NCBI GenBank assembly: GCA_038204425.1
Contig: JBBRCZ010000005.1
Location: 32,001-96,000, forward strand
Source of the DNA: Spirochaetia bacterium
GTDB taxonomy: Bacteria; Spirochaetota; Spirochaetia; DSM-27196; Salinispiraceae
Direction of reading: 5' to 3'
DNA: 64,000 bases
Part shown: positions 39,430 to 48,962 of the stretch, in pieces
Position numbering within the stretch: the first letter of the stretch is position 1
Layout: every line of letters begins with the position of its first letter
Program-made: the position numbers and the translations under genes
The notes under the pieces: generated by a model
Told to the model about the DNA's origin: nothing
Database searches by the model: none
The model's input: the letters and a program-made list of their open reading frames with translations, nothing else

Positions 39430-40674
39430 TTAGTCGTCAAGTCCAGGTACTTTAAAGTCTTGGCACAAATCTGCAACTTCAGTTGCTATTTGTGCCAAAC
39501 GTTGTTCGTCCTCTGTTTTAGCAACTACTTCGTCCATCCAAGCTGCTATCTTGACCATTTCGCTCGGTCCAAAACCACGGCTTGTAACCGATGGCGTTCC
39601 GAGTCTAATGCCCGATGGATCGCTGGCCTTACGGGTTTCCCCGGGTACGGTGTTGTAGTTGAGCACTATGCCCGCTTTTTCCAAGGCTATCGAAGCCACT
39701 TTGCCAGTTACGCCCTTGTTGCTCAAATCCACAAGCATCAAGTGATTGTCGGTACCACCAGACACTAAGGAAAAACCTCGGGCAACTAACTCTTTGGCAA
39801 GCACCTGCGCATTTTTAACCACATTGTGGGCATAGTCTTTAAACTCTTGGCTGGCAGCTTCCTTAAGTGCAACTGCAATACCTGCAGTGGTTGCGTTGTG
39901 TGGACCACCTTGTAGTCCAGGAAAAACAGCCTTGTCGATGGCCTTAGCGTGGACTTCTTTACACAATATTATGGCGCCACGTGGACCTCGCAGGGTCTTG
40001 TGCGTAGTAGTGGTAACAACGTCGGCATAGGGGATAGGACTGGGATGGGCTCCACCGGCAACTAGTCCGGCAAAATGAGCCATGTCTACCCAGAGTATGG
40101 CGCCACATTCATCGGCAATAGCCCTAAACTTTGCAAAGTCCAACAAACGGGGATATGCAGAATGTCCAGCAATTAAGATTTTTGGCTTGTGTTCAAGAGC
40201 CAATCGTCGAACTTCTTCGTAGTCAATCAAACCTGTTTGCGGATGCAAATTGTAATGTACTGCGTTAAACCATTTACCCGTGGCGCTTACTTTTGAGCCA
40301 TGCGTTAGGTGACCACCATGGCTTAAGTTGAGGCCCAAGACGGTATCCCCGGGTTTGGCAAAAGCAAGGTAAACAGCAAGATTGGCTGGTGAGCCAGAAT
40401 ACGGTTGTACGTTGGCATGTTCTGCCCCAAAAAGTGCCTTTGCTCGCTCAATCGCCAAAATTTCCACACCATCGCAGTTAATCTGGCCTTGATAAAAACG
40501 AGCACCGGGATACCCTTCAGAATACTTGTTTTGAAAAACAGTGCCGCAGGCTTCTAGAACTGCCTTGGAAGTGTAGTTTTCGCTAGCGATAAGGCGGATA
40601 GTTGCCCTTTGATAAGCTTCTTCAGATTTGACTAAGCTATAAATTTCTGGATCTTTGTTTTGTAAGGCACTCAT
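39430..40674 (-). CDS. glyA: Serine hydroxymethyltransferase
   Basis: LIASENY, NKYSEGYPG, GGHLTHG, TTTHKTLRGPRG. Confidence 0.97.
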   Translation of the reverse strand: MSALQNKDPEIYSLVKSEEAYQRATIRLIASENYTSKAVLEACGTVFQNKYSEGYPGARFYQGQINCDGVEILAIERAKALFGAEHANVQPYSGSPANLAVYLAFAKPGDTVLGLNLSHGGHLTHGSKVSATGKWFNAVHYNLHPQTGLIDYEEVRRLALEHKPKILIAGHSAYPRLLDFAKFRAIADECGAILWVDMAHFAGLVAGGAHPSPIPYADVVTTTTHKTLRGPRGAIILCKEVHAKAIDKAVFPGLQGGPHNATTAGIAVALKEAASQEFKDYAHNVVKNAQVLAKELVARGFSLVSGGTDNHLMLVDLSNKGVTGKVASIALEKAGIVLNYNTVPGETRKASDPSGIRLGTPSVTSRGFGPSEMVKIAAWMDEVVAKTEDEQRLAQIATEVADLCQDFKVPGLDD

Positions 40675-40698
40675 GGGCTGCTCCTAGCATGGATAGTT

Positions 40699-40770
40699 TG
40701 CCCAGACGCGCGGCGAGTGCAGGTTTTGCACTCCCCCGAGGTGCTCCCCGTGTGCGTCAGTCATGCAAAC
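40699..40770 (-). ncRNA. ZMP/ZTP (pfl) riboswitch
   Basis: Minus strand UUGCAUGACUGACG..GGGGAGCACCUC-GGGGGAGUGCAA..GCCGCGCGUCUGGGCA: conserved UGACUGRCG and GCCG..CGYCUGGGC, GACG/CGUC pseudoknot, directly upstream of glyA. Confidence 0.85.
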
Positions 40771-40849
40771 CATACTAACTATAGCATACAAGGTCAGGCT
40801 ACGTACACAGTAAGCAGCTCTATTTTTTGGGCAAGGCAGCCTCGGGACT

Positions 40850-41130
40850 GGCAAACAAACTTTTTGCCCAAAGAGTCTAGGGTGCTATCAAAACGAGCCA
40901 CAAGCTGACCCTTGTCCATTAGGATGGATGTTTTTTCCGGTAACGTCGATTCTTCTAAACATTGGAAAATTGACCCTGTATTGAGTGGTGCAAAATTCCT
41001 CAATGGCTGCCTTGTCACTATACTCCTTCCCCAGAAAGTTGTCGGGTGGAAACCCTAATACCACCAGACCAACGTCTTTGCAACTTTCTTACAGTGACAA
41101 TTGTTTGGGGAACTTGCTCATTAAGCCCAA
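40850..41130 (-). pseudogene. Glutathione peroxidase pseudogene
   Basis: LSL*ESCKDVGLVVLGFPPDNFLGKEYSDKAAIEEFCTTQYRVNFPMFRRIDVTGKNIHP, then out-of-frame LMDKGQLVARFD; N-terminus with the catalytic Cys is missing. Confidence 0.8.
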
Positions 41131-41235
41131 GCGAAAACCCAAAAGAGTTCTCCTTAACTATAGCTTTATCTTACGAGTGAAAATAAGATATCACAAAGCT
41201 TGTTTTCGGTGTTTTTGCTCCCTATACTTACTAAT

Positions 41236-41667
41236 GTGGAAGACCTTAGTTCAAAAACAATACTGCTTGTCGAAGACGATCCGATAATGGGAATGCTGGA
41301 AACTCGGCACCTAAAACGGGCTGGTTTTGGCGTGATTCATCTACTGCAGGGACAAGAAGCAATCGACTTTGTATTCTCTGAGCAAACTAAAGTTGACATA
41401 GTTTTGATGGATATAGATTTGGGCCGTGGTATTGATGGTATCGAAACAGCCCGTGAGATTTTGGCCAACGCTAGGATCCCGATCGTGTTTCTTAGCTCGT
41501 ACGGTGGCAGCGAGGTTATTGAGCGTAGCAAATCGGTGAAATCCTACGGCTATGTGATCAAAAACAGCAGCGAGAAGGAATTGGTTTACATTATCAAGTT
41601 TGCACTCAATGAATTTGCAGCTGAACTGGTTTCATTGGAATCTGGCATCGCCAAACCAGGCGCTTAG
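41236..41667 (+). CDS. Single-domain response regulator
   Basis: LLVEDD, VLMDIDL..IDG, FLSS, YVIK; start uncertain. Confidence 0.85.
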   Translation: MEDLSSKTILLVEDDPIMGMLETRHLKRAGFGVIHLLQGQEAIDFVFSEQTKVDIVLMDIDLGRGIDGIETAREILANARIPIVFLSSYGGSEVIERSKSVKSYGYVIKNSSEKELVYIIKFALNEFAAELVSLESGIAKPGA

Positions 41668-42767
41668 GGGTGCTCCTGTTCAGGTCTTAGCGCCTCAATT
41701 CTAGACAAAATATAGTCCAGAGACTCGCGCCTCAAAATAAAGCGCCAGCTTTGTTCGCCAACTAATGTGGGTTCTTTGTACTCGTTAAAGTCAAGATGTC
41801 GCCCAACTCTCTTGGTGTCTGACCAAAATACCAAATAGAGCTTCTCTTTTTTGAACTCAAGCATGGTAATGCCACGTTTGCCGATTCCGCAACCAGAATT
41901 AAAGAGGCAAGGAGTCAAGACTTCGCCATAGATGCTGTCAGCAATAGCGGGCTTATGTTTGCCCGTAATTTTAAGAAAATCGTGGCGTAGCACCTGGATG
42001 CTATCCCTGATTCTCTTCCGACGATCGTCGCTGGCTTTGGAGTAAAGACGGCACAGCCTTTCTATCTGGAAACCAAGTGACTCTCGTTTTGAAATTGATT
42101 CAAACAGTGGTCTATGCGTGTGTCCGATTATGGACAAAAGATTGTTGTGGCGCGCAAACTCGTAGACGGCTTTTTCTATCTTAAGTTTCTTTACCGAGTC
42201 TTGGGCTACCTCGTAGTTGCCTATGCCCAAAGCGTTGGCAAAAACCCGCAAGCCCCAACCAATCCAAGCGTTTTGCGAACCATTGTTGGCAGTGCCTGCT
42301 TGGTGACCGTGAAAAATTAAGAGCTTTCTTTTTTTCCAATTGAGGCAAAGAGACTCCCCATCAAATTGATCATTGTAGTAAGGGTCTTCTGCCTTGTCAG
42401 GACGTACTTCGTGGTTGCCGCGCAACCAAAACAGGCGTTTTTTGGCTCTAAACTGGTCAAAAATATCATAGAGCTGCTGCCAGTTTTCCACAATCTTCTC
42501 CCGCCTAAACCGCAACAACTCTTCGATATCACCGTTAAGAATTAAAAAATAACCTTTGGGCAAATAGTAATCCCGTAGTGATTCAACAAGCAATGGGCCG
42601 TTATGCTTAAAGTCATCGTTGCGACTGCCATCGCCCATGTGAAGGTCGCTAAGTATGAGAAGCTTGTCATCACTGTTAAGAGTCTTCTGAGCGGCGTCAT
42701 CGAGCAGAGCCTGCAGTTGAACCAATATTTTTGGTCGGACGCCGTTGATCGTGTTATTTGATTGCAA
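41664..42767 (-). CDS. Calcineurin-like metallophosphoesterase
   Basis: SDLH, NGD, RGNHE, FHGH and GHTH motifs. Confidence 0.9.
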   Translation of the reverse strand: MQSNNTINGVRPKILVQLQALLDDAAQKTLNSDDKLLILSDLHMGDGSRNDDFKHNGPLLVESLRDYYLPKGYFLILNGDIEELLRFRREKIVENWQQLYDIFDQFRAKKRLFWLRGNHEVRPDKAEDPYYNDQFDGESLCLNWKKRKLLIFHGHQAGTANNGSQNAWIGWGLRVFANALGIGNYEVAQDSVKKLKIEKAVYEFARHNNLLSIIGHTHRPLFESISKRESLGFQIERLCRLYSKASDDRRKRIRDSIQVLRHDFLKITGKHKPAIADSIYGEVLTPCLFNSGCGIGKRGITMLEFKKEKLYLVFWSDTKRVGRHLDFNEYKEPTLVGEQSWRFILRRESLDYILSRIEALRPEQEHP

Positions 42768-43122
42768 AAGGTGTATCTCTATTTAACATAGCTGCAAAAG
42801 TATTTTTTGGTAGCCAATTGCTAGCCAAGATAAGCTCACCTTTATGAAAATAGCGCAGGTAGGGGACTTCAAAGTTTTTGAACGTCGTTTCTTTAAAACT
42901 CATAAGTTTCTGAAAATCTTTGCGAGTATTGTAAACAAGAAGATAAATCTTTGCTTGAGAGCTAAACGAATCTATCCAAGTCTGCATTTCTTTCCACTGC
43001 GAGCACCAGTCTTGCGTCAAGATAAAGACAACTTTTTCCGCCGAATTTCTTAGGGCCACAGGTAAATCGTTCCCATGCAAAAACTGCTCAATCTCTTCCT
43101 CGGTTAACGTTTCAATTGCCAC
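42754..43122 (-). CDS. Thioredoxin-fold-like hypothetical protein
   Basis: TQDWCSQW single-Cys motif and EVPYLRYF; GAGG RBS. Confidence 0.6.
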   Translation of the reverse strand: MAIETLTEEEIEQFLHGNDLPVALRNSAEKVVFILTQDWCSQWKEMQTWIDSFSSQAKIYLLVYNTRKDFQKLMSFKETTFKNFEVPYLRYFHKGELILASNWLPKNTFAAMLNRDTPFAIK

Positions 43123-43263
43123 TTTTAGACCTCACCTTCATCCATCCATGGTACCTGAAAAATCTGACCATTGACCAGAGCGCCAAGGCATGAGGAACTA
43201 TATTTGGCTATTTGCAGTGGAATTTGTTATGTACCTTGTTGCATGCCACCTAATGCTTGGGCC

Positions 43264-43300
43264 AAAAAAAGCGCACGACGATAGCTCAACTTCGTGCGCT
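43264..43300 (-). terminator. Rho-independent terminator after the GH130 gene
   Basis: Minus strand AGCGCACGA-13 nt-TCGTGCGC then T7. Confidence 0.65.
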
Positions 43301-43322
43301 CGGATCCTAAAAAGGATAGAAC

Positions 43323-44270
43323 TTATGCGTTTTCAATACAAGCTTGAACAATTTTTGACAAAGAACCGGTAGCTAGACAAACTCTGGTGTCGGCCGCACC
43401 GTAGTAGATGTACAGTTCGTCCTTGTCGGGAAATGCTAATGCACCTGTTGGGAATACGACGTTGTTAACTTGTCCCAGAGCTTCATAAGGCGCTTCTGCC
43501 GCCAAGAGGTAGCTTCGTGTCTTGCCGATAATCTTTTGTGGATTGTTGGCGTCAAGTAACATTGCTGCAATAAAATAGTGCATGCTGTTGTCGGGCTTGT
43601 CCATGCCGTGCACGATCACCAACCAGCCTTCTTTGACCTTAATTGGTGGTGTTGGCCCAATCTTTAGGCCGTTCCAGATCGAGTAGCCTGGCGCCAAAAG
43701 TGGGCGATAGCATCCCCAATGCACGAGATCAGGCGATGAAGAAATCCACATGCCGGATTTAGTGTCACCCTCGCCAGGTCTGTCGATCTTGTAATATTTT
43801 CCGCCAATCTTCTCGGGAAATAGTGAACAACCACGCTGATGTGGCAGTGTCAAAACTTCGACAAATTCTACTTTTTTAAAGTCCTTGGTCTTATAGAGAA
43901 CACCTACACATCCACAATGTCCAACTTCCCAGGTTCCTTGCGGGCTAATCACGTAGTACCAATCGTCAATTTTGGTAATGCGGTTATCGATGATGCCGCC
44001 CATAGCTCGGACAACTTCGTCAGAAATGGTGCTGCGGTCCACAAAGGGCTTGTCTGACAAGCTAAACTTTACGCCGTCTTCGCTTGTTGCCAAGTAGGTC
44101 TCGCGAAAATTATGCGCGGGGTCAATGCTGGTCGTCGAAACCAAGAGGCAAATTTTGCCATCTAAAATAAAGGGTGATGGATTAAAACAGGCGACTTTAC
44201 CGGGGTAGTCTTCTGGTTTAATCAAAGGATTGGCTGGGTGCCTCTTGAGAATGGTACGGGGATCTATCAT
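43323..44270 (-). CDS. Glycoside hydrolase family 130-like (mannoside phosphorylase/hydrolase)
   Basis: NPLI, CFNP, DNRITKIDDWYY, LFPEKIGGKY..DRP, SPDLVHWG, NVVFPTG, YYGAAD. Confidence 0.85.
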   Translation of the reverse strand: MIDPRTILKRHPANPLIKPEDYPGKVACFNPSPFILDGKICLLVSTTSIDPAHNFRETYLATSEDGVKFSLSDKPFVDRSTISDEVVRAMGGIIDNRITKIDDWYYVISPQGTWEVGHCGCVGVLYKTKDFKKVEFVEVLTLPHQRGCSLFPEKIGGKYYKIDRPGEGDTKSGMWISSSPDLVHWGCYRPLLAPGYSIWNGLKIGPTPPIKVKEGWLVIVHGMDKPDNSMHYFIAAMLLDANNPQKIIGKTRSYLLAAEAPYEALGQVNNVVFPTGALAFPDKDELYIYYGAADTRVCLATGSLSKIVQACIENA

Positions 44271-44427
44271 TTCCTACTTCCTTGGGAATTATGCTAACGT
44301 CTGCCGTCAATTAAGACACAGGCGCGCAATAGTAACACAGTCAATCTGAGCCTTCAAGCCAAGAGCTCTCATTGCAAATTTGATTTTTGGGGTGGTTTAC
44401 CGATACTTTTACTCTGAGGTGTCTGCT

Positions 44428-46581
44428 ATGGTGTTTGACGTTAGTACCGGTGTAAAAATTCAAACTGGTCAAGATTATTCAGTACTCTTTGGTTGCCCGC
44501 CTGAGGTGATCAAATTTATCATAAACAAAGGTATGGTTTTTCCAGACTACCTTGTTATTCCCGATACAATTGAACGTTTTGGCATTCTGCAAAACTGCAC
44601 CGAGTTTCCGCTCTACTATTTCTTGTTTGTGCTGGGTCAGTTTTTTAAAGGCAAAAAGCTGACAATTATTGGCAACGCTGATGAGCTCCAACGTAATCGA
44701 GAACTGCTCAAACTCACTTTACTTGGCCCAAGTATGGACGAGTATCGCGCCATTGATCCCAAGAGCCAGTATTTTGAAGAACTGTATAAAGAAAGCAGGT
44801 TCTGTGCGGTCAAAGACAAAAATGGCAATGAGATTCCTATCGACGGCTTCATTGACTTTGTGCCTTTTGACGTTTCTGGTATTGCCCAGACTAAGTACTT
44901 TACCGTTAAACACTTAGGAACTGACAGCTACGAAATTGCTGGCGAACACATTGATATTGCATTTGAACAAGCCCAGTACCCTGCCTATGATCTCAAAACC
45001 CAGTTTATTCCTTTGATACCCCAGCGCTTTGGCATAGACGTACTCGGTGGCGGTTCTGGATTTACCCCGTTAAAGCCAAGCTCCGCGGTCATTCTCAACT
45101 ACAACTCAGATTGTATCTTGGTTGACTGTATGGCTTATGTTGACCAACACTGCGAATCACGCGGCATTGCCAAACGTCAGATAAAGTCACTTTTCTTGAC
45201 CCACATTCATGATGATCATTGCAACATGTTTCCACTAGTTCGCTATGGCGATAAGATCAAGTTTTTGGGAACCAAAGAGATTTACTGGATGGCCATGAAA
45301 AAACTGGCCTTGCAAACCGATCTACCTATCGAAGAATTTATGGCCTACTTTGATTTTTGCGAGCTTGTGCCCTTTGATCACAATGATTTCTTTGGCTTGG
45401 ACATTGTCCCCCACTATACCGTCCATTCTATCCCAACTATTGGAGCCACTTTTAGCCTCAAACATCAGGGAAAAAACCACTCGGTTGGGTATGGTGGTGA
45501 TAATAAGTCGCGTAAAGACATTGACGACATGTGCGCTAAGGGCATAGTAAGCCAAAAGAAGTCCGACTATCTGCGCCAACTTTACAACAACCACTACGAC
45601 TTATTTTTTGCTGATGGTGGACTGGGCATACTCCATGGTGATCCCGAGGACTCTCTCAAATCGCATGCTGAACGAATTATCTTTTTGCATCTCGAAAACC
45701 TGCCAGCCAAGTTTGATGCTATTTTTTCTATGGCAGAAGGCGGCAAACGCTACACCTTAGTTGAGGCCGACTCAGATGCCTACATCATCAAAACTATGGA
45801 GATATTGCGCGAGCAATTTCCGGGCATGTCACCTGATTGGTCACGCACGCTTTTGTCGAGTTTGCAAATCGTTACCTACAATGCAGGGGACGTCATCTTC
45901 CGCCAAGGTAGCCCTCGCAATGGCTCGCTCTATGTTATTATCACGGGAATTTGCTCAGTCATGTTTCACGATGGTAAACAGTTGCGCGAGATCGCTCACA
46001 AAGAAGCCGGTGGCATAATTGGCGAAATGTCACTCATTCGTGACGAAGCCACACGAAGCGCATCGGTCGTTGCCAAGACCCCGGTTACCTTGTGTAGTTT
46101 GGAGGAACAACTTTTTTTGTCTTTTGTTGCGGCCGAAGACAGAGTCAAACAGCTAAAAAAGATGTGGGAAATTCGTAGCGCCCTTGAGAAACACTACCCA
46201 TTTTCCTTTTTTTCTGATAACGTCAAAGATCGCCTTGCGCGCAACTCTGTAACCAAAAATGTTAAGATCGACACTATTTTCTCGCCACTTGAAACGTCGC
46301 TCGAACATGCCTTTATTCTTCTTTCCGGTTCAGTCGCCATGAAATCAAGTGACGGATACGAAGCTATTATTGACCAAGCAGGTTCTTGTTTTGGTAGCTT
46401 GGGTATCAAAGACGCTCACGAGCGCTTTTCCCAAGCAGAATACCGATCTCTTACCGATAGCCAGATTCTTGTCGTACCTCTTCATGCCTTTGAGAAGATC
46501 ATCAACAAAACCCCAATTCTGCGCTATTATATCTATCGGATGCTTAAGAGGCACTTTAAGAACCCACACATAATAATTTAG
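44428..46581 (+). CDS. Metallo-beta-lactamase-fold protein with C-terminal cyclic-nucleotide-binding domain(s); putative cNMP phosphodiesterase
   Basis: THIHDDH, HSIPTIG, ILHGD; cNMP domain IFRQG..IGEMSL..RSASV plus a degenerate second repeat. Confidence 0.8.
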   Translation: MVFDVSTGVKIQTGQDYSVLFGCPPEVIKFIINKGMVFPDYLVIPDTIERFGILQNCTEFPLYYFLFVLGQFFKGKKLTIIGNADELQRNRELLKLTLLGPSMDEYRAIDPKSQYFEELYKESRFCAVKDKNGNEIPIDGFIDFVPFDVSGIAQTKYFTVKHLGTDSYEIAGEHIDIAFEQAQYPAYDLKTQFIPLIPQRFGIDVLGGGSGFTPLKPSSAVILNYNSDCILVDCMAYVDQHCESRGIAKRQIKSLFLTHIHDDHCNMFPLVRYGDKIKFLGTKEIYWMAMKKLALQTDLPIEEFMAYFDFCELVPFDHNDFFGLDIVPHYTVHSIPTIGATFSLKHQGKNHSVGYGGDNKSRKDIDDMCAKGIVSQKKSDYLRQLYNNHYDLFFADGGLGILHGDPEDSLKSHAERIIFLHLENLPAKFDAIFSMAEGGKRYTLVEADSDAYIIKTMEILREQFPGMSPDWSRTLLSSLQIVTYNAGDVIFRQGSPRNGSLYVIITGICSVMFHDGKQLREIAHKEAGGIIGEMSLIRDEATRSASVVAKTPVTLCSLEEQLFLSFVAAEDRVKQLKKMWEIRSALEKHYPFSFFSDNVKDRLARNSVTKNVKIDTIFSPLETSLEHAFILLSGSVAMKSSDGYEAIIDQAGSCFGSLGIKDAHERFSQAEYRSLTDSQILVVPLHAFEKIINKTPILRYYIYRMLKRHFKNPHIII

Positions 46582-46641
46582 TGGCTTTGGCAATTCGGTC
46601 CAATGTGGTCCTTTATTGATCACTTTAGGAGAGGAAGTTCT

Positions 46642-48240
46642 ATGAAACCTACCAAGCACCGCGCCTTAGTTTTGTGTGCCATCGGTGTTTTATTGTCGCT
46701 CACAAGCATGGCTTGTGGACAAGCAAAGAAACAGACTGGCGTCCTAGGTTTTAGTTGGTACATTGCCTACGATTGGTTTTCTCCCCCCAACGCGTGGGGT
46801 GCCGATGTGGTTTCTGGCTGGATAAAAGAGAATAAAAACGTTGATATTGAGTGGGTCTACCCTAGCGGTTCGGGCAGTCACAAACTCAACTTAATGATCG
46901 CCACTAAGGAATTACCTGACGTGATTTGCATAGACCGTGGCGCCCGAGTCGAGAGCCTTATTGATGCAGGAATGCTGCTTCCACTCGATCCCTACCTAGA
47001 TCTACTACCCAACTTCAAAAAGTGGGCCGGCAAGACCAATTTAGATCTTTTACGACATAGCGACGGCAAACTCTATCAGTTGCCCAATTGGTACTTTAGT
47101 CCAGACTACAGTATCGGCAATGGCAACTCTGGCTGGGCGGTCAATTCTCAAATCTATAAACAACTCGGTTCCCCTATACTCAAAACTTACCAAGACTTAG
47201 AAGCCTACCTTATCAGAGTCAAACAGGCTTATCCCGACGTTATCCCGCTGGAAGCAGGGGACAGTTTTCAGACCATCACTTTGGTATTCCGTGGCATGGC
47301 TGAGCAGCTTTCCGACTACATGGGAAACCTACTTGGAACACCAAAGAACGGCAAGTTTACCAAGGTTTTTAAGGACGAGAACGTTCGCGCAACGCTGGTT
47401 TTCATAAACCGCTTAATGCGGCAAGAACTGATCACGCAAGATGGGTTTACGCAGACACGCGATCAAGTGATGGAAAAACTCATTAACGGGCAGGTGGCCG
47501 TAATGGCAACTTGGGACGTGGGGGCATTGATAACCCCGGCAAACGACAACAATAAAATTGACCCTTTGCTCTACCACATAATTTGGCCACCGGTTGCACA
47601 AGGTGTTGATCCAAATAAGGTTGCTCTTAGCGGTTACTCAACCATCGGTTGGAACGTCAATGTTTTTACAACCGCTGCCGAATCTAAAATTAGACAAATT
47701 CTCTCGTTTCTTGACTGGGCAACCGGCGAGGATGGACAGCGAGTGCTCATCTATGGTCCTCAAGGTTACTTTTGGGACGACAAGGATGAGTTTGGTATCC
47801 CGATTTACAACCAACGCTATGCCAAGGCCAGTCAACAGGATCGCAACCAAGCTCGCTTGTACAACTGGGACTGGGTGGGCAATGCATCTTGGGTAAACAT
47901 GACCAAAGGCGTGGCCAACGACCGATTGGCACCCGAAGAGCGCGATGGCATGATTGAGTTCCAAACTCAAATTTTATGGAAGACAGTCAAGAACGAAAAC
48001 GAGTTTACCTACAACAAGCCAGCGCCAGATAGTGAGCTGGGAATGACCAACACTCTGATAGCTGACTACTACGACGAAGCTATTGCTTCGGCCCTGTTTG
48101 CATCGGATCAAATGACGCTCTTGAAAATCCTTGACCAAGCGCAGGCCGAAATGGACCAGATTGGATACGATTTGTTCTTGCAGTACCACAATAGAGAGTG
48201 GCAAAAGAAACGTGCTCAGCTCAAAAAGCTTAGTCAATAA
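46642..48240 (+). CDS. Carbohydrate ABC transporter substrate-binding lipoprotein (orphan)
   Basis: LTSMAC lipobox, KLNLMIATKELPD, DGKLYQLPNW; AGGAGAGG RBS; no adjacent permeases. Confidence 0.88.
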   Translation: MKPTKHRALVLCAIGVLLSLTSMACGQAKKQTGVLGFSWYIAYDWFSPPNAWGADVVSGWIKENKNVDIEWVYPSGSGSHKLNLMIATKELPDVICIDRGARVESLIDAGMLLPLDPYLDLLPNFKKWAGKTNLDLLRHSDGKLYQLPNWYFSPDYSIGNGNSGWAVNSQIYKQLGSPILKTYQDLEAYLIRVKQAYPDVIPLEAGDSFQTITLVFRGMAEQLSDYMGNLLGTPKNGKFTKVFKDENVRATLVFINRLMRQELITQDGFTQTRDQVMEKLINGQVAVMATWDVGALITPANDNNKIDPLLYHIIWPPVAQGVDPNKVALSGYSTIGWNVNVFTTAAESKIRQILSFLDWATGEDGQRVLIYGPQGYFWDDKDEFGIPIYNQRYAKASQQDRNQARLYNWDWVGNASWVNMTKGVANDRLAPEERDGMIEFQTQILWKTVKNENEFTYNKPAPDSELGMTNTLIADYYDEAIASALFASDQMTLLKILDQAQAEMDQIGYDLFLQYHNREWQKKRAQLKKLSQ

Positions 48241-48293
48241 TTGTTAAGGCCTACACAAAAAGTCAGGCCACCGGTTAGCTGTTGCAAGGATAG

Positions 48294-48947
48294 CTACCTG
48301 GTGGAAAGCTCCACCAGCACTTCGTCGAGACTGACCTCAGTAGCTGCCAAAAGCACCATAAGGTGATAAAGCAAGTCCGCCGCTTCGCTTTTGATTTCTT
48401 CTTTGCTCTGCGCCAGAATCAATTCCACCGCTTCTTCGCCAGTTTTTTTGCGAATTTTCGAAAGTCCAGCCTTAAACAAATGGCTAGTATATGAACCTTC
48501 GGGCATGGTTTGCTTTCGTTCTGCTACCAATGCCTCCAGCTCGTGCAGGACGCTCGAGCTCCTCTCAGTCAAAGTACGCGCAGTTGCTTGCTTAGTTCCC
48601 TGTTCAGTTTTTTGCATAGTGCCGGCCTTGCCCGGCGAGTCTCGCAAAAATAAAATAGGGTTTGCTAGGCTCGTCAGTACTCGACTGTAGGCAAGATAAA
48701 GCTGATTGGGCCCATTTAGTCGTACCATTTCAATGCTATCTAGATATTTTTTGCGTGGAAAGCGTTCATCATGGTCAGCTAGCGACAATAGTTTGCCGGT
48801 CTTGTTGTCGAGTGCCCAAATTTCGCCTTGTTCAAGGGATTTTTTATAACCCTTCTCATTGGTTATGCCTGCCCAAATTAGGTGCTTGTCGAGAGTCAGT
48901 AGGATTAGGGGCAAAACCTGTCCGTCTTCCTTACGTGTTTCCATCAC
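48294..48947 (-). CDS. hisE: Phosphoribosyl-ATP pyrophosphatase with a degenerate HisI-like N-terminus
   Basis: EGSYTSHLF..KKTGEEAVE..EAADLLYHL; N-terminal part lacks the HisI Asp/Cys motifs. Confidence 0.88.
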   Translation of the reverse strand: MMETRKEDGQVLPLILLTLDKHLIWAGITNEKGYKKSLEQGEIWALDNKTGKLLSLADHDERFPRKKYLDSIEMVRLNGPNQLYLAYSRVLTSLANPILFLRDSPGKAGTMQKTEQGTKQATARTLTERSSSVLHELEALVAERKQTMPEGSYTSHLFKAGLSKIRKKTGEEAVELILAQSKEEIKSEAADLLYHLMVLLAATEVSLDEVLVELSTR

Positions 48948-48962
48948 AGTCCTCTTTTGTCA

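Noticed and set aside
41089..41091. Selenocysteine readthrough in the Gpx remnant
   Set aside because: The in-frame stop is TAA, not TGA, and is not at the catalytic position.
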